A stretch of 64,000 nt of DNA from an uncultured Gammaproteobacteria bacterium (GTDB lineage Bacteria > Patescibacteriota > Patescibacteriia > UBA11705 > JABHMO01), in the NCBI GenBank assembly GCA_964590105.1, contig CAZPYM010000002.1, positions 90,697 through 154,696 on the forward strand. Reading direction: 5' to 3'. This document shows, one piece after another, positions 18,561 through 26,320 of this stretch (position 1 is the stretch's first letter; the number at the start of each line of letters is the position of its first letter). The notes beneath the pieces are model-generated. The model saw only the letters and a program-made list of their open reading frames with translations, searched no databases and was not told the origin of the DNA. The translations under genes and the position numbers were made by a program.

Positions 18561-20081
18561 CTAGCCCTTTGGCCTGTATTGTAACGCCTCGGCAATGTGT
18601 GTTGTTTTGATATCGGCAATGTTTTCCATGTCGGCAATTGTTCTGGAAATTTTTAGAATTCGGTGATATGAACGGGCAGACAAATGAAGTTGATTTACCG
18701 CCGATTTCATCAGGTCGAGCGATGGTTGATCAAGCTGGCAAAATATTTTAATATCCTGCGGCCGCATTTCCGAATTGTATTTAATTGGTGAGTTTTGAAA
18801 TCTTTGTCTTTGAATTTTGTGAACTTGAGTAATGCGCTGTTGAATTATGGCCGAAGATTCGCTTTTTTGAGATTCCTGCAGTTTTTCAAAATTTAATCTT
18901 GGCACTTCCACATGCAAATCAATGCGGTCAATGATCGGGCCGGATATTTTTTTATTGTATTTAATAATCTGGCTAGGCGAGCAAACGCAATTTTTATCAG
19001 GGTCAGAATAATAGCCGCAGGGGCAGGGATTTTGGCTGGCGACGAGAGTGAATCTGGCAGGGAAAGTCAAAGTTCCCTGCGCCCTTGAAACGGTGATAAT
19101 GCCGTCTTCAAGTGGTTGGCGTAGATTTTCCAGAACCGGCCGGGGAAATTCCGGAAATTCATCCAGAAAAAGAATTCCCCGGTGCGCCAGGCTTATTTCG
19201 CCAGGCTTTGGAATTCGTCCGCCGCCAACCAGAGCGGCGCCCGAGCTGGTATGATGAGGCGAGCGAAAAGGGCGGCGGCGGATCACCGGCTCGCCCTGTG
19301 GCAAAAGACCGGCGATGGAATAAATTTTTGTCACCTCGAGAATTTCATCTTCCCCCATCGCCGGCAGAATGGAAGGTAGGGTTCTAGCCAAAAGAGTTTT
19401 TCCGGATCCGGGTGGCCCGCTTAATAAAATATTGTGCGCGCCGGCAGCGGCGATCTCGAGCGCCCTCTTGGCTTGCTCCTGCCCATGGACGAAAGCCATG
19501 TCCGTGTCAAAACAAACCGGCTGCTCGGTTGTTTCTAAAAGAGAATAGTCAAAAGGAATTATCTTTTCAATGCATTGCAAATGATCGACCAGCTGGCGCA
19601 AATTTTTTACCGGATAAATATTCAGGTCAGAAATTAAGCCGGCTTCTGTCGCATTATCTGCCGGGATGTATAAATTTTTGAAGCCTTTTTCTTTGGCGAA
19701 AATAGCAGCCGGCAAAATTCCGTTGGTGTGGCGCAGGTCGCCGCTTAGGGCGAGCTCTCCGATAAACAAACTGTCGTTCAAATCGCCGGCTTCAAGCTGA
19801 TCAGAATTAACTAATACGGATAGAGCAATCGCCAGGTCGTAAGAAGGGCCTTCTTTGCGCAGGTCAGCCGGCGCCAGATTGACAATGCTTTTGTAGCGCG
19901 GAAAAGAAAAGCCGCTGTTTTTTATTGCCAGCCGAACGCGCTCCTTCGCTTCGTTAATAGCCGCGTCGGGTAGACCGACAATTACAAAATAAGTCTGATC
20001 AGTTTTTACTTGATCAGATTCGACTTCCACCAATTCGCAGTTTAGTCCAATATTCGCGCAGGAGTTTATTTTGGCAAACAT
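18561..20081 (-). CDS. comM: YifB/ComM-family Mg-chelatase-like AAA+ ATPase
   Basis: 506 aa with an N-terminal Lon-protease-like domain, Walker A GPPGSGKT, Walker B LFLDEFPEF and a C-terminal ChlI-like region. Confidence 0.9.
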   Translation of the reverse strand: MFAKINSCANIGLNCELVEVESDQVKTDQTYFVIVGLPDAAINEAKERVRLAIKNSGFSFPRYKSIVNLAPADLRKEGPSYDLAIALSVLVNSDQLEAGDLNDSLFIGELALSGDLRHTNGILPAAIFAKEKGFKNLYIPADNATEAGLISDLNIYPVKNLRQLVDHLQCIEKIIPFDYSLLETTEQPVCFDTDMAFVHGQEQAKRALEIAAAGAHNILLSGPPGSGKTLLARTLPSILPAMGEDEILEVTKIYSIAGLLPQGEPVIRRRPFRSPHHTSSGAALVGGGRIPKPGEISLAHRGILFLDEFPEFPRPVLENLRQPLEDGIITVSRAQGTLTFPARFTLVASQNPCPCGYYSDPDKNCVCSPSQIIKYNKKISGPIIDRIDLHVEVPRLNFEKLQESQKSESSAIIQQRITQVHKIQRQRFQNSPIKYNSEMRPQDIKIFCQLDQPSLDLMKSAVNQLHLSARSYHRILKISRTIADMENIADIKTTHIAEALQYRPKG

Positions 20082-20329
20082 AAGAAAAAAGTTAAAAGGG
20101 AAAAGGGAAAAATTAAAAGTAAGAAAATAGTAAAGTGGATTTCCGCCAAAGGTGCCTGCCTGTGGCGGGGATGCGCCTTTAGCGCAAACTTAATTAAATT
20201 TTTTCGTAATCGGCTGAACGCGGAATGCGCGAGCCGGAAGAAAGCCCTTTACATTTTAAGGATAAAGCGCGTAAATGTCAAAAAAAGACCCGCTTCTCGG
20301 CGGGAATTTTTTTATTAAATTTTTTGTAA

Positions 20330-20848
20330 TTAGAATACTTTGTTCACTACAAATATTACTCCGCCGACAATTATTACTCCGATCACTATCCAGCCAATAT
20401 TTTCCTGGCCGGATTGCGGTTGTTCGTTTTCCGGCAAAGGATTGTTTTCCAAGTAGGTCTTCACAAATAGTTGCGGATCCGGATATTCATTTACCGGCAG
20501 ATTGTAAAATTCAACAGCCTGGCTGATTTCATTTTCACTTTCTCCTTCAATCGCTTTGGCACCGATGAAAGTGACGGGAATGCCCTGCGGAGAAATTTTA
20601 TATGCGTAGTTAAACTCATTGAACTTGGTGACATATTTTGGGTCAGCCTTCATGTCAAAGTCATGAATAACTATTTGAGGGTATTCGTTTTGTTTCAGCG
20701 TTTCAAGTTGAGAAAGAATATTAGCGCAATGCGGGCAACCATTTTGTGTAAAAATATAAATGTCCATCGGCGATTCCGCTGCTTGCGTCGCAGAAGAAAT
20801 GGCAAACATGAAGACAAGCAGAAAACCGAAAAAAAATATTTTTTTCAT
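20330..20848 (-). CDS. Secreted/membrane-anchored thioredoxin-fold protein (CPHC active site)
   Basis: Signal peptide, the GCPHC motif and a C-terminal TM anchor. It overlaps lspA by 4 nt. Confidence 0.7.
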   Translation of the reverse strand: MKKIFFFGFLLVFMFAISSATQAAESPMDIYIFTQNGCPHCANILSQLETLKQNEYPQIVIHDFDMKADPKYVTKFNEFNYAYKISPQGIPVTFIGAKAIEGESENEISQAVEFYNLPVNEYPDPQLFVKTYLENNPLPENEQPQSGQENIGWIVIGVIIVGGVIFVVNKVF

Positions 20849-21318
20849 ATTGTTTTTTTACGTAATTCATTAATTACGAATAAGAACAGACAAACAACGA
20901 TGATGAAATCGGCCAGATTAAAGGCCGGCCATGAAAAATTATAAACGCTGATTGAAAAATAATCAACAACTCCTCGGTGCGCGAACCGGTCCAGTAAATT
21001 TGAAGCGGCAGCGCCGGTGATGAGGGATGTCAGGAGAATATCAAATCGGTCCCCTTTTTTCAATAACTGGTTCTCATAGTAAAGAAGCATGGCAATGGCG
21101 ACCGTGGTAAGTAAAATAATTAAAACCAGCGGGAACTTAATTCCAAAAGCAGCATATTGGTTGATGCTTTTTTCCAGGTGAATTTTTAAAAAATCAAAAT
21201 CAAAAAAAATCATACCTTCCGCGGGGAGCTTTATCATAATCGCGAATTTGATCGCTTGATCAATAAACAATGCGCCCACCTTTAATAAATTGGCGGGCGC
21301 GAAAAACTTACTATTCAT
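20845..21318 (-). CDS. lspA: Lipoprotein signal peptidase (signal peptidase II)
   Basis: LLDRFAHRGVVDYFSI...WPAFNLADFIIV are LspA motifs. Start taken at MNSKFF (21318), 2 nt after the upstream gene's stop. The longer track ORF overlaps that gene. Confidence 0.85.
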   Translation of the reverse strand: MNSKFFAPANLLKVGALFIDQAIKFAIMIKLPAEGMIFFDFDFLKIHLEKSINQYAAFGIKFPLVLIILLTTVAIAMLLYYENQLLKKGDRFDILLTSLITGAAASNLLDRFAHRGVVDYFSISVYNFSWPAFNLADFIIVVCLFLFVINELRKKTI

Positions 21319-21320
21319 TG

Positions 21321-21689
21321 CTATAGAGATTTTAGTTTTGTTTTGCAGCTGATGCAGGCGCCCGAAGTTGGTCTGGCCTTCAGTCTTTTGACGTTTATTT
21401 CCTGTTTGCAATATTTACAAATCCCGTAAGTGCCCTTTTTTAAGCTTTCAATCGCTTTATTCACATCGCGCAAAGATTTTTCCAGGGTTTTTTCCAGAGT
21501 GAGATTAAAACCATATTTCGCAACTTCCGAAGTATTGTCAGTTTCATCGTCGCCAATATCTTCGAATTGAGTCTCATAGTCCTCAGGATTGTGAGGATTT
21601 TTTTTTGCGAATTTCAAAAGTTCCGATTCCAGGTTTTCCTTTTCTTGCAAAAGAATTTGTTTGATTTCTTCAGTGTCTTTTTTGTTCAT
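21321..21689 (-). CDS. DksA/TraR-family C4 zinc-finger protein
   Basis: An N-terminal coiled coil is followed by GICKYCKQEI...ARPTSGACISCK (CxxC-N17-CxxC). Confidence 0.8.
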   Translation of the reverse strand: MNKKDTEEIKQILLQEKENLESELLKFAKKNPHNPEDYETQFEDIGDDETDNTSEVAKYGFNLTLEKTLEKSLRDVNKAIESLKKGTYGICKYCKQEINVKRLKARPTSGACISCKTKLKSL

Positions 21690-21922
21690 ATAATTCTTTC
21701 TTCAATATAGATAAGCATACACTACTTTAACGCAAAGTACAAGATCGCGAAGACAACAGGACCTCAACATTATTCTATATAATAATGTGCTTGTCAACAG
21801 GCAAAATAGGGCTTGAAACAGAGGAAAGGCTGTGCGATAAAAAGGTGTGATTTATGTGTTGGCTATTAATGCTGGATGATCATGTCATATCATATAGGGG
21901 TTAGTCAACCAGTAATCAGTTA

Positions 21923-22492
21923 TTAATAATTTTCACTTTGAACTTGATAATAGGCGCGCGGATGATCACAGCTCGGACACATTTCCGGCGCTTCTTTTCC
22001 AACGTGCAGATACCCGCATTCGCGGCAAATCCAAACTGTTTCGGTTTGCTTTTTGTGAACCGTGCCAGCTTCGACTTCGGCCAATAGTTTTTTATAACGT
22101 TCTTCGTGATGTTTTTCCGCTACGGCGATTGAGCGCAGTCGGCCGGCGATTTTGCTCAAGCCTTCTTCGTCAGCTATTTTTGCAAAGCCGGGATACATTT
22201 CCGTGTGTTCGTGATTTTCTCCGGCAATTGCAGCTTTCAGGTTTTCAATTGTGCTTCCAAAAACAGTGGGCGCGGTGGCGTCAACCACAAGTTCTGCCAG
22301 ACCTTTTTTAATTTCTTGAATGTGCTCAAATAAACGTTTGGCGTGGGTTTTTTCTTGCTCAGCAGTTTCCAAAAAAATGCCGGCAATTTGTTCATAACCC
22401 TCCTTTTGTGCTACTTTTGCATAATATGCGTAGCGATTGCGCGCTTGAGATTCGCCAATGAAGGCTTTAGTAAGGTTTTGTAGTGTCTTCAT
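21923..22492 (-). CDS. rbr: Rubrerythrin
   Basis: Diiron ferritin-like domain (E..H motifs) plus a C-terminal rubredoxin-like CRECGY...CPSC. Confidence 0.9.
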   Translation of the reverse strand: MKTLQNLTKAFIGESQARNRYAYYAKVAQKEGYEQIAGIFLETAEQEKTHAKRLFEHIQEIKKGLAELVVDATAPTVFGSTIENLKAAIAGENHEHTEMYPGFAKIADEEGLSKIAGRLRSIAVAEKHHEERYKKLLAEVEAGTVHKKQTETVWICRECGYLHVGKEAPEMCPSCDHPRAYYQVQSENY

Positions 22493-22599
22493 AAGGACGA
22501 GGGGGAATTAAGTTTCTAAAGTTTATCAGGTTGAAAGCAGTCAATGTCCGCAATTATCAACTTATTAATAAACCTAGTTCCCTTAATTTATTTTTAAAA

Positions 22600-23577
22600 T
22601 TATTTAATTTGAGCGTCTTCCTGAAATTTATTTAAAAATGTTTCGCTAACTGTTATAACTTGCTCCCAGTTCCAGCCATTATTTATCAAAGCTTGCTCAT
22701 TTATGATATGTTGCTTTGTTTGTTTATTCATCAAATACACCTTATCAGTATTTGCGGAGCGTAGCAAACTGCCCGATTTGAGTTGAAGCTCGGCGACAGT
22801 CGGCGAAAAGCCATTATCAATTTCTTCTTTATCCAAATATCCGTCTTGATCCGTATCGCTGGAAATTAAACTGGTTTTGTATCTCAATTCTTGTGATTTA
22901 GTTAGCCCGTCCAGGTCGCCGTCGAGCGAAGCTGAATTTTTTATTTCAGGGCTGGTGAAGATTGCCACTTTTGCGCCGGTTTTTGTTTTATTGCCGGCCA
23001 CAAAATCGTGCATGGCGTCTATAATTGTTTCATAGGAGTAGCGAAGATTGCGGCCATACTGCGTGCCCGGTTCCTGTGTGATGAATTCCTGATTAATGTC
23101 ATCATAACCAGAAATCACCAGTACATGATAATCAGGTCCGCCGTTCAGAAAATATGGATTTTTCAAATACTTGCCATACGCTGGTAAAATAATGGGATGT
23201 TTTTTTTGAATCTGCTCTTTCATTTGTTCAACCGTGGGACTGGCAACAACATCAGCTTCCCAATTAAAGAAATTATTTATCAATTGGGCAATTTTCCCGG
23301 CTTCTTCATCTTTGCTTTTGCCAAAGTAGGTTTCTTTAATCTGATTAATATTGGCAATACCTTGCTCGGCGGAGTTTAAATTAAGTTCCTGATTATTATA
23401 AAATGCATCTACAATTAAAATAGACGTCTCTTCGCAAGTGTTTTGCCACGACCCTGTCCAATTGCCGATAGGCGCTTGAGAGCTGAAACTGATATTTAGC
23501 GATTCGGCGATTACAGGAAAGGCTAAGATCATTATTATCAGCGCCGAGACAAGAGGAAGGTTTTTGAATGCTTTCAT
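22600..23577 (-). CDS. Secreted C39-like (BtrH-type) cysteine peptidase-domain protein with Ca-binding TSP3-like Asp repeats
   Basis: Signal peptide, SFSSQAPIGNWTGSWQNTCEETSILIV (C39_2-like catalytic Cys context) and DTDQDGYLDKEEIDNGFSP. Confidence 0.55.
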   Translation of the reverse strand: MKAFKNLPLVSALIIMILAFPVIAESLNISFSSQAPIGNWTGSWQNTCEETSILIVDAFYNNQELNLNSAEQGIANINQIKETYFGKSKDEEAGKIAQLINNFFNWEADVVASPTVEQMKEQIQKKHPIILPAYGKYLKNPYFLNGGPDYHVLVISGYDDINQEFITQEPGTQYGRNLRYSYETIIDAMHDFVAGNKTKTGAKVAIFTSPEIKNSASLDGDLDGLTKSQELRYKTSLISSDTDQDGYLDKEEIDNGFSPTVAELQLKSGSLLRSANTDKVYLMNKQTKQHIINEQALINNGWNWEQVITVSETFLNKFQEDAQIK

Positions 23578-23699
23578 GTGAAAATAATATGTCTGTTGAT
23601 ATTATACAGTTTTACTGGCGAGCCAACAACTCCGGAAAACAAATTAACGGAAGTAAGCTATTTTTTCAAAAAAAAAGCGCGAACTGTACGCCCTATGAA

Positions 23700-24022
23700 A
23701 TAAATTATATGGCGAGCTCGCGCTCGTGTCTTGTGTAAAGCCGGCCTTCTTAGATAACTTTTAGAAGGTGTCATCCTTAAAAGCACAAAGCTTTCAAGAC
23801 TGTTGTGTGGACATCTGGTGTTTACCCTTCCACGGGAGAGCCGCTAGGGATCCCTGGTGAAATTTTTGTTTTTGTTTTTGATTGATCGAAATAGGAAGAG
23901 TAAGTAGATGTAATGGACCGAATGGCCCTAGAGTGAATTTTCCAAACTCAACTTGGAAAGTTGTGTTCAAAGAGCAAGTTTGCGAAAGAACATGTAGAAA
24001 TTGATGCATGGATCACTTCCTA
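23700..24022 (-). ncRNA. Candidate promoter-driven noncoding (or small-protein) transcript of unknown class
   Basis: A near-consensus promoter points into about 320 nt that hold only a compositionally odd 71-aa ORF. Local hairpins are UUUCCAA-GUUGAGU-UUGGAAA, GGGCC-AUUC-GGUCC and CGAGC-GCGA-GCUCG (GNRA loop) near the 3' end. I could not assign the class by eye. Confidence 0.25.
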
Positions 24023-24029
24023 CCTCTAT

Positions 24030-24058
24030 ATTATAGCACGTTGAAAATACCCGGTCAA
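24030..24058 (-). promoter_or_regulatory. Near-consensus sigma70 promoter (minus strand)
   Basis: On the minus strand: TTGACC (24058-24053), 17-nt spacer, TATAAT (24035-24030). Confidence 0.55.
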
Positions 24059-24127
24059 GGGTTTTAGGCAATTTTTGTAAATTTAGTTATTTCTTGTGAG
24101 AATTAAATGAATTGATAGGGTGTGAGC

Positions 24128-24164
24128 TGTGGATAACTCTGTGGATTTATCTACCTTATCCACA
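24128..24164. promoter_or_regulatory. Cluster of three DnaA boxes 18 kb from dnaA
   Basis: TGTGGATAA 24128-24136 (perfect), TGTGGATTT 24140-24148 and TTATCCACA 24156-24164 (perfect, opposite orientation), all within 37 bp. Confidence 0.6.
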
Positions 24165-24176
24165 TGTTTGTATACA

Positions 24177-25400
24177 CTAGTCTATACAAATCGTATTTTG
24201 ATTGAAAATTCCAGTACGAAGAACAATATGATTGAAGAAGTTACTTAGCTCGGCACTTTGGGGTTTGATATATAGACAATTTTTTGAAAACATGCCGGAA
24301 CAGCTGGTCGTGTTTATGTTGGCCGGCGATGAAACGATTGATTCATGCGGAAAATTATTATTAATAATCAGCTGACCGTCGACTTCGGTTAGTCGAAGGT
24401 CTAAATTTATTTTTGGTTCAGTCAAAATGTATTGTTGTTGGTAGTCACTGACAACAGTTTCAAATTTCCAAGCATTAGGATCAGCTATATATTGAATGGC
24501 CGTGGTTTGATCCGGCAGCAGTTTTGATTTTTCGCTAGGTAATGTTTGGGCTAGAATATTTAGGATGAACGACTGAAGCTGTTCGGTCGGGTTTTCTTTT
24601 TGAGAAGCGATTATCATGAATCCGTCCGGTGTTTGGGCAAATTCCACTGCCCCGTTTAATGATTTAAGCAGATGAAAAATAAAATTCTGCGGCGAATATT
24701 CTGCGTTTTGAACAATTTTTCCTGGAAATATATTGTTGAAGTAGGCACTGGTATCAGCCGGCAGGACAGAAATTTGTGGTTTTTCGTGCCTACCAACTTC
24801 TTGTCCGGTGAGCCCGTGAGTTTTCAAACAAAGAGTGTTTTCGTGCGCACTGCCGGCCAATGCCAGCGGTGAAGATGGCTGATCCGCGACAAAAGGGATT
24901 TTTAAAGTGCGGATGTCTTTTATATAGATGAGAAAATTCGTAAAAGCTATTTTGCGCCGCGTTTGTTTGAACCATTCCGTTTCATGTAGTTTGTCGGCGG
25001 AAACAGTCAGTCGTGGGAAAAACAAGACTTTGCCTTCGCGCGTGAAGGAAGTTTCATTGCGTGAGATTAGTTCGAGCGTTTTCTGCGTGTCCTTGGCTAC
25101 GGCAAACACCTGCCCATTTAAGGAAAAAAAGCCAACTTCTTCATCCAGGTGTTCAAGAATAGATTGCCATCTGCCAGCAGACATGGCGCTTTTGTCTTCA
25201 AGCCAGGAAAGATAAAAGATTCGTTGTTTTTCTGGAATTTTCAAAAGGTTTTGTGTTGTTGTGTGGAAATAGGCCTCTGCCTGCGCCGGAACGTATTTGA
25301 CAAGATGGTCGTTATGATTGAAAAACAAAAATAGCCAACAGCCGACGAAGACGGTTACTGATAAAACAAAAAGCCAGAATTTTAATCGAAAGTAACTCAT
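24177..25400 (-). CDS. Hypothetical membrane-anchored protein (N-terminal TM, 407 aa)
   Basis: Long ORF with host-like AT-rich composition and an N-terminal TM (FWLFVLSVTVFVGCWLFLFF). I recognised no family. Confidence 0.6.
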   Translation of the reverse strand: MSYFRLKFWLFVLSVTVFVGCWLFLFFNHNDHLVKYVPAQAEAYFHTTTQNLLKIPEKQRIFYLSWLEDKSAMSAGRWQSILEHLDEEVGFFSLNGQVFAVAKDTQKTLELISRNETSFTREGKVLFFPRLTVSADKLHETEWFKQTRRKIAFTNFLIYIKDIRTLKIPFVADQPSSPLALAGSAHENTLCLKTHGLTGQEVGRHEKPQISVLPADTSAYFNNIFPGKIVQNAEYSPQNFIFHLLKSLNGAVEFAQTPDGFMIIASQKENPTEQLQSFILNILAQTLPSEKSKLLPDQTTAIQYIADPNAWKFETVVSDYQQQYILTEPKINLDLRLTEVDGQLIINNNFPHESIVSSPANINTTSCSGMFSKNCLYIKPQSAELSNFFNHIVLRTGIFNQNTICID

Positions 25401-25452
25401 ATTAATTTAATTTTAACTTAATACGTGAGAAAAAGCCAGTTTTTTTATTTAT

Positions 25453-25481
25453 TAAAAAAAACAACGCCCTTGAAGGCGTTG
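25453..25481 (-). terminator. Rho-independent terminator of the 225-aa cassette gene
   Basis: On the minus strand: caacgcc-ttcaag-ggcgttg followed by T8. Confidence 0.7.
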
Positions 25482-25491
25482 AATGTAATGA

Positions 25492-26169
25492 TTATCGGGA
25501 ATACCAACCGTCGACAAATTCAATGCAGTCGTTGAATTTTCCGGCAAAGAGCAGTTTATAGGGACCGCTCTGAAAACCTCCTCCGAGGAGAATAGTTTTT
25601 CCGGAGTTTTGTTTTAGGGTTCTCCAGAACTCGGCGTTGTTGTGAAACCAAGCGGACGAGAGTTGATACGTCACAGTGATGATGTCGACTTTGTCCAGCT
25701 CAGCCCAGGTATGCCAGCGAAAATAGCCTTTGTTTGACTTGAAAAGCAAGCAGCCATTTTTATTTGCCCAAAGCGTGTGAATGCTTAGGGCGCAATTGAA
25801 TCGACGCTTGACCGCCAGGCCGAGAGTCAGATCATAAACGTCAATGTGCGCAATCGAGCGCGGCAGCCTGGGAATTTCTTCGGCTTTGATGTTTTTCAAT
25901 TCCAGAACAATGGGAATTTTATGCTGATTTGAAGCATCAATCAGCGATTGATACGGCCAAGCTTGTTTTTTCCAAAATCTCCAGGTCAGCCAGTACAGGT
26001 AAAACAGGGGCATGACCATGAAAAAGGTAAAAATGCCGCCGGGGTGGAACATATACAGGCCGTGCCAGATATTGACCAGATCGCCCTCAGCATAGTGCCG
26101 CCGGTCGATCGTTTCATACGATTCATAGCGGTTTGCCTTGCGATGGATGATAATTTTCTTTTCGTCCAT
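25492..26169 (-). CDS. Orphan hypothetical protein, 225 aa, one or two TM helices (GC-richer cassette)
   Basis: Strong RBS GGGGGGAGGAGG. Own promoter (TTGACA 26246-26241, N17, TATTCT) and own terminator. I recognised no family. Confidence 0.6.
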   Translation of the reverse strand: MDEKKIIIHRKANRYESYETIDRRHYAEGDLVNIWHGLYMFHPGGIFTFFMVMPLFYLYWLTWRFWKKQAWPYQSLIDASNQHKIPIVLELKNIKAEEIPRLPRSIAHIDVYDLTLGLAVKRRFNCALSIHTLWANKNGCLLFKSNKGYFRWHTWAELDKVDIITVTYQLSSAWFHNNAEFWRTLKQNSGKTILLGGGFQSGPYKLLFAGKFNDCIEFVDGWYSR

Positions 26170-26320
26170 TTCCTCCTCCCCCCCATTGATTTGTAATTAT
26201 GAAAGAACCGACATTAAAGAATAGTATAATTTTATTGAATTGTCAATATAGGCGACAAAAACAGCCGCAGGTTATTGTCTGCAACTGTTTTTTATTACAC
26301 ATTGAATCAGTAATTAAGTC

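Noticed and set aside
23700-24022. Calling this transcript RNase P RNA (or 6S, tmRNA or SRP RNA)
   Set aside because: Only scattered similarity to RNase P CR-II/III/V-like words. The universal GGAAAGUCC (CR-I) and a P4 partner for GCCGGCUU are absent. There is no tRNA-like end for tmRNA and no SRP domain IV motif. I keep it as an unclassified candidate only.
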